From Eledone cirrhosa (taxonomy: Eukaryota), in NCBI GenBank assembly GCA_964016885.1, contig OZ024740.1, positions 292,516,001 through 292,580,000 of the forward strand: a stretch of 64,000 bases of DNA, written 5' to 3'. Below the pieces are notes generated by a model. That model searched no databases, was not told the origin of the DNA, and saw nothing but the letters and a program-made list of their open reading frames with translations. This document shows positions 17,401 through 30,700 of this stretch, in pieces. How positions within the stretch are numbered: the first letter of the stretch is position 1; every line of letters begins with the position of its first letter. The position numbers and the translations under genes were made by a program.

Positions 17401-18639
17401 CACGCACGCACATACATACATACATACATACATACATACATACATACATACATACATACATACATACATACATGTGAGTGTGTATACAGTAAAAGATGGA
17501 TAGATAGTTAGATAGATAGATAGCGAGAGAGAGAGAAAGCAAGATAGTAGTTTGCTTTCTGTACCTGCATACATATATTTGCATCCCTACCAATGTTTAA
17601 TTTTGTATAATTTTAAAAAAAACCCCAGAAAATAGTTCATGGAGTTAACTGAAATGTATGCATTTATGACACCATATCTGTTTATAAAAACAGATATTCC
17701 TGATGCTATAATTAATGGATTTCTTTATTGAAGTCAAATATCTTTGATCTCTCCACATGAACGAACAGAGAATTCACCGAGAAACCGTTTTATTCCAGTA
17801 AAAAGAAAATTATTCAAGAAACAGACCCGCCTCCGAAAAAATACAATGAAACAAAAAACAAAACAAAAAAAACAACAAAACAAAACAAAACAATAACAAA
17901 AGAAAATATGTATAAACAAGAAACACTTTATAAAATAAATCGTAGATTGATTTTTCAATCTAGAAATCAGATATTATATTATAATTCATCTCCCAGCATT
18001 CCGACTACTACTAAATAATGGGAATGGTTGTAATTGCAATTATCGAAGCTAAACTTTTAAACTTATTCTAAGAATATCGTTTTGTAACAACGAACGAGCG
18101 AAGAACCACAATGCGGTAAATCGACCTGCTAGAAATAGCAACCAAAATTTCCCCAAAGAGAGAAGAGTGTTTTTGGTGTTCCATCTTTTAGTCGATCTGT
18201 ACACGCTAAGCACCCCCCCCCATCAAACTATTTTTATACTATTGTTGATGTTTCGTGCATGTTAATCCATCTTAATAACAATGTTGTTTAGTCTATAATG
18301 CAAAGTAACATCTGAAAAATACCAATTTGAATATATTTTCATTATATTCTAAATATTATTGTGAATTGTCAACGTAGCTATCAACAATAACAGACAAATC
18401 AAGCAGCTCAGCTCTTCCACTTGACTTCTAGTCGTTTTGTCCCTCTTTTAACCTATTCAATTCTTCTTACAGTTCTAGTGGACATACATATATCTTATGG
18501 GAGCGTTCATATGTGTTGGTGATTTCTTTAGCATTGGTGTTCATATCGTTGTATTTTTGTTGTATATGTATGTGTTTTTAAGAATTATTTTGTGTATTTA
18601 AGAATTATTTTGTGCTGTTGCTGCTAAATTATAATTATG

Positions 18640-18815
18640 GTGGTGGCAGAGCCTGTAGCTGTAGAGAATTCCGGTGTTCTTGGCTCCCGGACCACATCCC
18701 TACTCACAGCTATCGGAGCCGAGTCAGCCGCCCACAAGTGTGAACCCCGCCAGGTGGAGTGGCTGTTCCAGTGCGTCTTCCTCGCCGTCCTCAGGAGCAA
18801 TGTATTCTCCATCTT
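18640..18815 (+). pseudogene. CRE-clade-like non-LTR retrotransposon, RLE C-terminal fragment
   Basis: PVAVENSGVLG...LL.AIG...EPRQVEWLFQ...LAVLRSNVFSIL matches the pattern I recall for CRE-type C-termini (P.AVET.G..G...EPR...WLFQR.S.AV.RGN); a tiny related piece lies at ~24773-24805. Confidence 0.65.
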
Positions 18816-20419
18816 GTTTTATTATCATTTGCTGGAATTGCTCATTTGTTTACTGCAAATAAACGTACAATATATGTTTATATATGTTTGCATAGACACC
18901 TCTATTTTACTTAAACGCTATCTTGCTGCTCCTGCCAATTAAATATAACCAGCCAAACTCACGCTATATGCAAATGAATATTTCCAGCCGATGTTTTCTA
19001 TTTTCTATATGCAAATGAGCATCCCCAGCAAATGATCACGCAACGATCTATCTCATGCCAGTTCGTTTTGAGTGAGTGCCACTGATGAAAGATTAACAAA
19101 TCTTGAAACAGTACTGTATGAAATTCTCAAAACGTACTGATAACTCGGTGATACATTCACAGAGGGAAATAGAGAAAAATAAATCTTTTTCGTTACGAAA
19201 AAATATTTTTTCAGCAGCGAGATTACCCATATGTTTATTGTATATAAATGTATAATATATATTTATATATGTTTGCATATACACTTCTATTAAGATATAT
19301 AAAATAAATATATTATAACATATGAAATGAAATAAAGATAAAAGAAAAGAAAAAATAATAAAATAACAAACGTTAAAATATAAAATGAAAATATATGAGA
19401 AATATATAAAGATATACTCTGCGACACAAAGTACAAAATAATTTATTGCAACAAAACGATGGATAATAATATATTAATATAAAATGCATCTTTGGATGTC
19501 CAGTGGGGGCGCAGGGCGGCCCACGCGTTGGCCCCCACTTGCTCATAATAGTGAGAGATTGGGAGAATGAAAGAGACAGAGGTAGGGACAGTGGGAGTTT
19601 GGTTCCTTTGTGTTCGGACTTGGTATATAAGTTATAGATGACACCTTGTAAAACTGATAGATTTAACAAGCCAACACCCCTCTTACTCCTTATTCCACTC
19701 ACTCTCTTCTTGTTTTACTTTCTTCCCACCTCTCTCTCTCTCAATACCCACACATATATATGTTACATATAATGTAACAATTATAAAAATATTTATTGTC
19801 AGATTAAAGAAAAAAAAAATGATTAATGAAAATTTCCTGGTTAATAGTATTTTAAAACATTTCTATCGTGGTTTATTTATTTGATTTAGCTAGGCTACTG
19901 GCATCTTTATTCTCTTCTTGCTCTTGCTTAATGAGACTGGTGTTATCCTAGGTCAGTGATCCCAGAGGCATCATCATGCATAGAGCTGAAAGGCCACTGG
20001 CATACATGAATTAATTACTTGTGTTCATTTTATCTGTTATAAAATGAACCAATGTATAAAGCAGATATATTTTTTAATCGTTAAGTGTATTATCTGTGGA
20101 TAGAGAGGAGTGAGAATTTAATTTCAGAGCAGACGAAGTTGGATTAGAAGAATGAAAGGGGTAATCATTAAAATAAAATTGAGTAATGAGTTCAAATGCT
20201 AACCTTTTATAATCTGATGAATTAGTCTACAGGTTTTTTGTATTTTCGATATATAATGTTATATATTGTTATATATTAGAATTCTATACATTTTTTGTAA
20301 TTTCGATATATTTTTTTTTGTAATTTCGATATATATTTTCTGTAATTTAGATATATACTCATATTTTCTCTATATTCGATATATATTTTCTGTATTTTCG
20401 ATATATATAAAGCACGCTC

Positions 20420-20623
20420 AAGAGATTTTGAGCCTTTTATCAGAGAGACATTTCATTTGACTCAGATCAACACAGAACTCTAGTCATTCTCAAAGTAGGA
20501 TCTTGCTATGTCAATGCACTTGTAGTGCTCCAGCCACTTCTGGAAGGTCTCCTCGTAGTCCTCCAAAGGGAAGGTGCCCAAAGCGCTTGTTACAGCCTCC
20601 TTCATCTCCTTCACATCCTCAAA
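20420..20623 (-). mobile_element. Mariner transposase C-terminal remnant
   Basis: Minus-strand translation FEDVKEMKEAVTSALGTFPLEDYEETFQKWLEHYKCIDIARSYFE fits the mariner C-terminus (W...KCI...G.YFE). Confidence 0.7.
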
Positions 20624-20630
20624 GTAGGTA

Positions 20631-20658
20631 CCCTAACCCTAACCCTAACCCTAACCCT
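20631..20658 (-). repeat. Short interstitial telomeric repeat (CCCTAA)4 plus CCCT
   Basis: Exact TTAGGG-type units. Confidence 0.9.
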
Positions 20659-20871
20659 TGAGCTTCTCGTAAAGATATATATTGTCATTATTCGAATACT
20701 GGATATTCAAATTAAATACATTAAACTATACTGTAAAAAAATTAACATTTAGATTGTTAAGTTGCTATAGAATTGTTCTGGAATATGTACATGGTGTGCG
20801 TTTGAAATACTGTTACAAAGGTTCTTTCATTATGAAGAAAATTGGTGCTGAGGCTTGGTATGCTTGAGCTA

Positions 20872-21195
20872 GGTAGTGGAGGGGGCTCTCGCTGGCCGAC
20901 AAAATAGCCCAACTGGGTTATGTTTATCACCTCTGCCGGCCAAACCTTCTCCCATACATCTCTGTCGCGGCACTGGCTCCACCAAATTGGGTTAGGTGTG
21001 AAAGTGAGAGCTCGGCACTATAACCGATGCAATGCTTGGATTGCACTATTCTAAAGTGCATATACTTGCAGCTGAGCACCGTTTGTGAAACCAATCCCCC
21101 GAAGAAACTCCATTGAAATGAACTTAAACTATGAATTCCTTCGATGGATACGGCTCAACTCACCCCGGGTGAGCGCCGTCACGAGTACAAGTAGC
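20872..21195 (+). mobile_element. Unclassified retroposon-like repeat (second copy of 10808-11250)
   Basis: Shared blocks such as TGTTTATCACCTCTGCCGG and CTTGGATTGCACTAT.CTAAAGTGCATATACTTG. Confidence 0.65.
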
Positions 21196-21978
21196 AGTAA
21201 CAAGATAAACATTCAGAACTATATATTATGTATAATAAGGGAACAGTAAGTCAGGAACTTTACGTTTGATATTGGATTTGATTTGTTTAATTTAGTTAAC
21301 TCTCGTATTGAATTAATATAAATATGCTTGGTATAATGATAATGCAATGATAATTCATTACATTTAAAGTTTGAAATTGAACATCGATAGTCAAAAATCG
21401 AAGAATGGTGTATATATTTTTTTATAATGAAATAAAAATTTAGCCAATAAAATATCGTGCAGTAATAAATATACAACCAATAATCAAAATTGAATCGAAT
21501 CTAAGTTAATAGTATCTTTAAAATACTAAAATTATTCTAGAATATGTTTTGATTTATTTTGTAAAATTTCAGATTAGATTATAAAAAACATAGTAGTGAG
21601 GCAAAGAATTATAAGTTTGATAGCAGATTTGATAAATAAAATCCATTTATAAACGTTTGGATAAGATGCAAGTTCGAAACAATCATATTAAATGAATATA
21701 AATATAATCAGGTTTCGTGTAATGATATTGTATTACATTTTAATTTGATATCTCACTGTCACACAATACGATTTATATTTTAATTCATATTTGGGGATGG
21801 ATGTAAAAAGGACTCGCATTGAAGGTTCATATTCTTTATCTTATAAATACTTTGAAATATTGTAACGTAGAGAGGTGGTGCTATTAAGTTAGACATGGCC
21901 TGGGCTAATACTGGCCGAAATCTATCAAAGTTATCGAAGTTATATATGGCTAGAGATCTATTCAGAATATTTCTCCTG

Positions 21979-22115
21979 TGCATTACTGGTACTTTATTTT
22001 ATCGACCCCGTAAGGATGAAAAGCAGAGTTAACCTCGGCGGCATTTGAACTCAGATCATAAAGGGCCGTAACTCTATGCTGCAAAACATGGCATCCGACC
22101 CTCTACCGATACGGC
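21979..22115 (-). mobile_element. tRNA-derived SINE
   Basis: Reverse complement of the SINE head and body, including the B-box. Confidence 0.8.
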
Positions 22116-23033
22116 AATGCTTCGGATAATCATAACAGCATTTAAACAACATTTAATTTGAATTCTACTACTAGTATTGAGTACTCCTTTATTCAGCTGG
22201 TCGAGCACTATCAATGCACTGAAATAATAATTTTCTTATTGGTATTGCGAGGAGATTTAAAAAACATTGTTATATCAACAAGAAAGCTCTGGATCAAGGG
22301 GGCGGGGGGAGATAGAAGTATTAAGAAGGATGAAGTAGAAAGTATTCTCCTTTGACAAAGGTAGGTCTATTACACATTCAGAGGACAATTTTCAGGAAGG
22401 CTTAACAAGACTTATGAAAATAGCATCAAAAATTAACAAATAAAAATAAAATAAAAAATGACGTTTGTGAGACTGACAGATACGCTTACAATAATTTACT
22501 ATTAGCTAATATATCTAAAACATTAAAAAATGCCCTAGAATCACAAAGAAGACATCACCCCGAAACTTAATAGTTGATTAAAAACTCCACGAAGTGTATT
22601 GTGAACAAGAATATATTTCTTTCCTTTTCCATTATTCCTGATTGATTCGTTAGGGGCATCATAATGACATACGGCGTTTCTTGGGCATTTTTAAACCTGG
22701 CGGAGCCCATCTCCTCTCCAGGCCTGATTACAGCAGATTTCTTCCAGACAAGGATAGGAAGTGTGAGAGAGGAAGTAAGAAAGAGATACAGAGGAAGGAT
22801 CGACCCCCAGTTCTAGACTGGTACTTTTTTTATCGACCTCGAAATATATTAGATGCTTTTAAATTGAAAATCAGATCAGCCTCCAATATTATGCAACACA
22901 TAAAAAGTAGCATTGCCCTCTAATAGTTTAACTGTATAGCAAACAAACCTAACTCCAGCTTATTCACAATTCGACATTGGGGAGTTCTACCCATTCCAGA
23001 CTTCAGTATATCTTATGCTACTATTACAGTGTC

Positions 23034-23870
23034 GAATTGTTACTAGGAATAGCTTGAGTTTGGTGTTGTTGGAAAGATTTGAGCGCCAACTCGATCCATC
23101 TTGTTGCAAGATGACCATGCTTGGGATTTTCTGGTGGCAAAATCCTTCCCAGAGCCCATGATCCAGGACCCAAGATAGTTAAAATCCTCGACTTGCTTGA
23201 TATAACTGCCGTTGATTGCTTTGATGTTGTTGCCTGTATAGTTTGATATGTACTCTGTTTTACCCTCGTTGAGATGTAGGCCGACAAAGGCGGCTGCTTC
23301 CTGGAGAGATGTCAAAAGTTGCTGCGCATTTTCTAGGCAATCTGCAAGTAGAGCAATGTCATCAGCAAAGTCAAGGTCAGTGAGATGTTTAGAGGAGTAC
23401 CTAGAGCTCATGCAGGGTTTGTCATTGATTTTGTCAATTGAGAGTCTCAGAGCGTAGTCTAATGCAATGATAAAGAGAAATGGGACAAGAGTGTCATCCT
23501 GCAGCACTCCGGCTGAGATGTCAAAGAACTCTGATGGCACCTACATTCGCATTCAGAACATAAGCTGGTGATATCTGACTTTGAAAGAAATATATGCCGG
23601 CCTCCCACGCATATCTGTCGTACGTAAAAGGAGAGTAAGATTTGCTGGCCACTGCCATCGTACCACCTCTGAGGCTGTGTCCCCATTAGTGCTTTGGAAA
23701 CCACAAGCAGTCACTAATAACAGGGGGCGCAAGCTCTTCTATCCCGATGTCATCTCCAGAGATTCTGGTATTGAAATCCAGGACTTGGCAACGGCAATGA
23801 ATGACAGACCCACGTGGAGATCAAATGTTGAGTCGATTACGGCTGAGGCCGCCGGATGGTGATAATGATG
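23034..23870 (+). mobile_element. RTE-like LINE with 5' inversion and 11-bp TSD
   Basis: RT core on the minus strand (GVLQDDTLVPFLFIIALDY, DFADDIALL, FNYLGS; 23034-23543) joined to the C-terminus on the plus strand (RRVRFAGHC, RGRK; 23544-23862); GAT tail; ATTACAGTGTC at 23023-23033 and 23871-23881. Confidence 0.88.
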
Positions 23871-25024
23871 ATTACAGTGTCTGATATAGATATGACAAAA
23901 CAAACAAACAACACAAAAAAAACAACAACAACAAAAACAAAAACAAAGAAAGAAAAAAAAACGGTTATTTTATGATGATTCCTGATGGGGAAAAATAAGG
24001 GCGAGGAGCTGCATATATTAGACAGAATCAGAAATGAAATGGAAGAAACGAAGATTATATCGGGATACATACATTGAATTAGAAAAGAGTTCATTTAAAT
24101 ATTTAACCATTTAAACAATCATATAACGATTTTTACAAACTTTAAAATACTGAACTACCTACATATCACAAGCACTAAGCACAATTTATTCCATTAACTA
24201 AACGAACATACAACTTACGTAAACAAAGTCTCTAACCAACCGGCCGCTGTGAATAAGCATATTACAAGGACTCTTAGAAGAAACGTCTTTAACCAATCCC
24301 CAGATAAGTGTATATTTGACAAGACTACGATAATGTACTAGTGAAACCAGGTTAAAAACAAAAGAAGAAAAAACAAAAGACAGTTACCTATATAGGACTA
24401 ACACCCGCTAGAACTAATAAACGTCGAAGTAGAATGATCACATGATACAATCCAAAGTTCAGCGCAGAACTGTAGCTAATAGAGATACGCTTTTTAACCC
24501 TAACCGAAGTACATACATTTCCTTATAACCCATAGATACCATAAAATCTTGAAAATACACTCGGTGCAAAATACATACAGTTACCTAGGTAATATAGGAT
24601 TGCAGGAAATTTAAAAAGAAACAAATTGTATTGAGACTTAGGCTCTCAATATATAAAATATCAAGCTTTGCGATTTATAAATCTGAGTTTATATTTAAAT
24701 AAATTTCATTTGATACTGATTTACTTAACCCAGCGTCTATTTTATTCATTGATTGATTTCCACAATATATTTCCGGGGCAATGTATTCTCCATCCTGTAG
24801 GCCGGGACTCATGAGATGGAGGGCAAGTTATTTGGAAGTGGAGAATATTCGTTCGAACGTCACTTACTCTCTATTTTTATTTTCACAATACACTTCACAA
24901 ATGCAGACGAAACACACACACACTCTCTCTCCCTCCCTCTTCCGCTCTCTGGATAAATTGCTTAACTATTGCAGGTAGTATTTCCTGCTGAAAGAAATTA
25001 ACTTAACATTGTAGTCTCTTCTCT

Positions 25025-25430
25025 CTTCTTCTCTTGACGCTAACTCCGCAAGTTGCTGACTGCGCATCAACATGAAATTTTTTCTCCACAAAGTTTGACC
25101 AACAGCAGAGTTTATAGAGTAAAGATCAAGTCCAGTCCATAAGTTGACATTATTAAGCCATCGTTTTGGCTGCCGACCTCTGCTTCTCTTACCAGCCAAC
25201 CTTCCTTCCAGGCATAACCTACTCACACTACGAGTTGATCGAATTGGTCTAAGTCTGATAATGTTAAGCAGCTCACTGATACAGATATGGTCGCTGAGCT
25301 GCTTGCCAGTTATAAGTCTCATGGTGTGGTTCTGGAATGTAGAGAGCTTCTAAAGTGACCTTGTCGTCCAATTAACACAGTCAAGACCATATAACACTAC
25401 TGGCTGGATGTAAGTATGAAAGATCTTAGC
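25025..25430 (-). pseudogene. Decayed LINE 3' fragment
   Basis: CLEGRLAGKRSRGRQPKRWLNNV motif typical of RTE/CR1-group ORF2 C-termini. Confidence 0.65.
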
Positions 25431-25559
25431 CTTCAAATGATAGGAAACTCGTTTTGATGTTAGTAGTTCCTTGTTCTTGCTGAAAGCTGCCCAACCTAGA
25501 GCAATGCATTGTATATATGAACCTGTAATTCCCGATGGAGTCGCAGTATCTTGGACACT

Positions 25560-25790
25560 TTAAACGTGTCTTGGTCTGGACATAGCCGGGAAGGATAGAG
25601 AGTAAGAAAGTGGAAGTGAGAAAGAGATATAGAGGAAGAATCGACCACAGTTCTGGACTGGTATTTTTTTTATCGACCTGGAAGAAATCAAAGGCAAAAT
25701 TGGCTTCGGCAGGATTTGAACTCAGAGCACAGAGAGGCGGAAAGAATACCGCAAAACATTTTATCCGACGTTCTAACGACTCTGCCAATT
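25560..25790 (-). mobile_element. tRNA-derived SINE, second subfamily with longer tail
   Basis: A-box-like TGGCAGAGTCGTTAG and B-box GAGTTCAAATCC on the minus strand; tail shared with 22675-22842, 25880-26075 and 63505-63660. Confidence 0.7.
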
Positions 25791-25949
25791 TTCTGTCTTA
25801 ACTCAACATTATCTCTCACTTTCTCCCCCCGCCCTCTCTTTCGACCCTGGTGGAATCGCAAAGGCGCCGTCATGACATGGTGTTTCTTGGGCATTTTTAG
25901 AACCTAACTAATCCCATCTCCCCTCCATATATGACCATAGTCTATTTCT

Positions 25950-25988
<39 letters not shown>

Positions 25989-26457
25989 GTGGGATGGAGA
26001 GAGAAGAAGAATTGATCTCAATACTAGACTGGCATTTTATTATCGACCACCTCGAAAGGATGAAAGGCAAAATAACTCAACATTAGTAACAAGCTTGCCA
26101 TTCGTAAATTGCATAGTGCCGACACTGATTGCACCAATGAATGATTCTACCCTGGGGAACCCTCTATCAAATAATGTCCTCACCAAAAATAGAAGAACAT
26201 ACCAGAAAATATAGTCCTGCATACCCCTGAAAAGACTAAATGGACATCTTTAAAATGCATTTGATCTTAAGTCCGATTAGATAAGGACTGATTGGGATTG
26301 AATAAAAAATCATCTATCCTAGGGTATCCATAAATTGGGCACAAGGGTCAGAATGTGTCACGGATGTGGTCCTCCATGCTGGTAGTCGAGAAGCTTTTGG
26401 ACACGGGTGTCAGCTATTTCATCGACATATTGAGTTCGAAGAAAATAAGGACTCCCA

Positions 26458-26492
26458 TTATCATCCTCGTCGTCATCGTCGTCATCGTCGTC

Positions 26493-26579
<87 letters not shown>

Positions 26580-26842
26580 GTCATCATCGTCGTCGTCGTC
26601 GTCGTCGTCATGGTGGTGGTGGTGGTGGTGGTCGTCGTCGTCGTCATCATCATCGTTGTCAACGTTATCATCATCAACGTCATCATCATCATCATCATCG
26701 TCATAATTATCATCATCCTCATCTTCCTTCTCCTCCTCCCCTCCCCTCCTCCTCCTGCTTCTCCTCCTCCCCCTCATCATCGTCGCCGCCGTTGTCGTCG
26801 TCATCATCGTCGTCATAATCATCATCATCATCATCATCATCA
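26458..26842. repeat. Compound trinucleotide microsatellite (CAT/CGT/GGT/CCT)n
   Basis: Directly visible. Confidence 0.9.
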
Positions 26843-27035
26843 ACAAGAACACCATTATACTTATACACACAGACACACATATACAGACACACACACACAC
26901 ACATACAAATACATATACTGAAATTGTGTACATATGTACTGAGAACCTACAATAGTTTACATACAGATTCACGGATAATATACGAGCGTAGCTCATAGAC
27001 TAAATATCGCATTGACAGTATATACACATACACGC

Positions 27036-27066
<31 letters not shown>

Positions 27067-27814
27067 CCCACATACATCTTCACACACATAGACACACATA
27101 CGCGCAAATACACACATCGGCGTACTCAATAAATGGAGAAATAAAACGAAGTAATAAGATAAGACAAACATGTGGTTCAAATTTCCTGATCCCCAATTAT
27201 GAATCTGACGCCGGCTCTGTGACAAACCCTAAGCTTTGCTGTCAAAATGCATTCGCCAAACATTATGAAATGTCCTGACTGTTGACCTTCGTTTATTTGC
27301 TAAGAACTACAAGAATGAACCTTTTTATAGCCAGCAGCAGTCCCTGAGCTTGTTAACTCAATGTTGTCCGTTAAGTTGGGATCTGCCAATCTTTTGACCA
27401 GAACGCGCCTTTGGCTTAAGATTTCATTGAGATTATACAAAGTGCCAAATAAACTTCCATCATACGTCTCTTTTTATTTTATACATAAATAATTCCAAAT
27501 GACTAGTCTCCTCTTTTTAATTAATCTTTGTTACATTTATTTCATTGTAGATGACTGAAGTTCTAGCAAAAAAACTATACCGATTGCTATCGTCAGTTTT
27601 ACAGGCGTTCACATCATTATAATATTCAAAGTTAGAGATCATTTATTTAAACGCCATTTTTTTTATGTCACGGTCTTCTCACGTATAGATGTATAAATAT
27701 AGGTCTGCATGCATGCATGCATGCATGTATGTATGTATGTATGTATGTATGTATGTATGTATGTATGTATGTATGTATGTATGTATGTATGTATGTATGT
27801 ATGTATGTATGTAT

Positions 27815-28397
27815 GTTCTTCTGGTTTTATAATTTCAAAAATATTTGCCAATAGAGAGACAGTTGGTTTCTAACATAGACACAAGATTCTCCCATTGGAA
27901 TTTACACATCATCATCTAGGTAGATATGTATGCATGTCTGCATGCATGCATGTGTGTGCAAGTATGGATGTTATTGTATGTGTGGATGTGGATGTTTTGA
28001 GTTGTAAGCGTGCATGTGCATATGCTTTGTATCTGTACAAGTGTATATGCAGTTATTAGATGCAGAATATTTGGAATGTTTTACATATTTTTACTGTTCC
28101 ATTAATGGATTGTACTTGTAATTTCCTAACTAGTTGTGTTCTTTCTGTTCCTGTGAAGCCTAGCTTCTCAAGATTTGCATTGAGGCAGTTACTAACATAT
28201 CCCAGTGCCCCAGTAATCACAGGCATAAATCTGAAGGTATAGTCAGGGTGGAGTATCTGCAGATTTCTCATTAGTTCTGTATAGATATTCTTCTTTTCGC
28301 TAATCTTTGATAATATATTGACATCTGCTAGGCAGCTAACTTCCACTACTGTGCATGCCTTCTTTTCCCTGTCCCATATCATTATATCTGGTTTGTT
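27815..28397 (-). mobile_element. R4/Dong-like RLE retrotransposon, 5'-truncated 3' end, in (TATG)n
   Basis: KPDIMIWDREKKACTVVEVSC...PVITGALGY...KICKTF (PD-(D/E)xK-type RLE) aligns by eye to 42718-43099; (TGTA)n on both flanks. Confidence 0.85.
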
Positions 28398-28472
28398 ATG
28401 TATGTATGTATGTATGTATGTATGTATGTATGTATGTATGTATGTATGTATGTATGTATGTATGTATGTTTA

Positions 28473-29172
28473 TGTCAGGTCGCCCTCAAGTGCTACTAGT
28501 AACATCTAACCCAATGCAACCTGTCGCATGGCCAAATCGTCGGCGACCAAACCGGCAACCCCACCAAGCTTGTTTGGTGAGGAGGGTGATATTTGGACAC
28601 CCTGCGGGATGAAATACAAGACCTGACAAAGGGCGGAGGAACTCAGCAGAGTCAACGGCCATCCAAATAGTACTTTTTTTTAAAATTTATCTGGGAGTGA
28701 AAGGCTCACAGTTGTCGTCACAACACCTTTATAGGAGATGGAAACTATGAAAAAAAACCCCAAAAAACCTGCGGCTTCGGAAGCATCCGATGATGTTGAC
28801 CAGTTCTCCTTTTCGGGTAGTGTTTTCGATGCTCAGAGAGTGGGATTGGTCGAGTGCAAAGCCATTCCTCACTTAAAAAAACCTTCAAAGCACGGGCATT
28901 GCTTGTTCAGGATCCGTTACAGGTTTGTGTGGCTGGCCGTAGCCTAAAAGTGCACCAAACTTTATAATCTGACACGCGATTGCAGTACTCTTAGCAGAGT
29001 TTGCAGCCATCATGTATGTGTCAGGTCGCTCTCGAGTGCTACTGGTAACATGAAACCCAGTACAATATGTCTCATGGTTGGGTCGTCGGTGACTAAACCG
29101 GCAACCCCACCAAGCTAGCTTGGTGGGGTGGGTTAGGGTTGGATGAAATACAAGACCTGGCAAAAGGCGGAG
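28473..29172 (+). mobile_element. Bipartite LINE-derived non-autonomous element (diverged copy plus a second 5' part)
   Basis: Homologous to the reverse complement of the 37040-38890 units; starts TGTCAGGTC after (TATG)n; first copy ends GCAGCCATCATGTATG. Confidence 0.75.
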
Positions 29173-29174
29173 AT

Positions 29175-29347
29175 AAATATGAATAAATAAATATACACAG
29201 GTACAATAACAACAACCACACATAAACACACACTAGTGAGCGAAGATAGAATACAAACACACACAGACTCAGGCACGAACACACACCAAACAAAACACAC
29301 ACACACACACACAAGCGCATGCGCAAACAGAAACAAAAATAAACAAA

Positions 29348-29378
<31 letters not shown>

Positions 29379-29474
29379 AAATAAAAATGGAGTAGACATT
29401 ACAATACAACGGGAGGAAATATAATAGTACCACTGATGATGTCAAAGGTGTGTGATAAAAGAACTTTGATAGAC

Positions 29475-29547
<73 letters not shown>

Positions 29548-29950
29548 TTAACCGTTGGTCAATCAATGATAAACATTGATTGCCAGTTAAATTAACTATT
29601 GAGATATAAAATATACAGAAGCGAAAACCAATCCAAACCAAACACTGAGTGTGTTTTATTATTATTTCTGGCAATAAGGGCGGTGGATTGGCAGTATCAG
29701 TAGAGGGTCGGACGCCATGCTTTCCAACATAGTTACGTCCCTTTACGATCTGAGTTCAAATCCCGCCGAGGTTGACTTTGCCTTTCATCCTTTCGGGGTC
29801 GATAAAATAAAGTACCAGTAATGCACTGAGTAATTGCTGGCCTTGTGCCTAAAGTAGAAACAATTATTATTTCTGTCAATATGACCCTCCCCAAATATAA
29901 CAATGTTTGTTTCAACACACGATTTCATATCAAAAACCTTTCTAAACATA
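29175..29950 (+). mobile_element. PLE pLTR/3' end (family F), interrupted by a SINE and (CA)n
   Basis: Reverse complement homology to 32397-32900; ends ATGACCCTCCCCAAATATAACAAT...ACACACGATTTCATAT; degenerate hammerhead CTGATGA at ~29433. Confidence 0.8.
29678..29861 (+). mobile_element. Full-length tRNA-derived SINE with 18-bp TSD
   Basis: A and B boxes; TTATTATTTCTG(G/T)CAATA at 29659-29676 and 29864-29881. Confidence 0.88.
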
Positions 29951-29964
29951 TCAAAAACCTTTCT

Positions 29965-29995
<31 letters not shown>

Positions 29996-30234
29996 ACGCA
30001 CACGCACACACACACACACATATATATATACTATTTATGTTTATACACAGAACAGAAAGCGGTGCCTAAGGTTTCAAAATCCAATTATGGCCATTTCCCC
30101 AGATTGTGCATGGTCCTTTAGAGTGGAAGAGCGATGAAATTTTTGACCTAGTCATCAACCGCTTGATTTTAGAGGCATTGGGAATATTTGGAATGTAGGC
30201 GTCACCAACGTAAAAGACTATAATAGTAGCCAAT

Positions 30235-30700
30235 AACAAAACCGGATCATGAACAACGAAGATCTCTGCGCAAAGATGGAGAGTCTAGAAACCATCATGA
30301 CTCGCCACCGACTTCGATTGGCCGGACACCTTGCCGGAATGCCAGACATCCGCCTACTCAAACAAATCCTCTTCTTGGATCTGGCAAGAGACCATGTGGA
30401 GCTCCACGTTGTCGATTCAAGGATCACCCCCAAAACACCTCAGTGAGGACAGAAATCAATCCGGTCAATTGGGAGACGGAAGCTGCATAAAGAACCTATT
30501 GGAAAAGAACAATCCATGAAAAAATATCCTTCGAAAACAGCAAAAGGCAAATAGTAGAGATGAAAAGAGACCAAAGAAAAGCAAGAGCTTTCCATCCCCT
30601 GAACCCTACATGTGGTGGCTGCGGACATCTCTTCAGATCCAACACAGGACTCTTTTCGCACAGCAGGAAATCTCGATGAGCACCTCAATACTCGGCAACA
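30235..30700 (+). pseudogene. Decayed LINE 3' fragment with C-terminal zinc-finger remnant
   Basis: NEDL...MESLETIMTRHRLRLAGHLAGMPDIRLLKQILF and a downstream CGHLFRSNTGLFSHSR. Confidence 0.75.

Noticed and set aside
18965-19035. Repeated ATGCAAAT octamer motifs (also at ~46113)
   Set aside because: Part of a short local repeat with no associated snRNA or gene; no support for a regulatory role
26358-26996. Poly-Asp acidic protein-like ORF (biomineralisation-type)
   Set aside because: A compound trinucleotide microsatellite open in several frames; the N-terminal part is (TG)n and no domain or exon boundaries are recognisable
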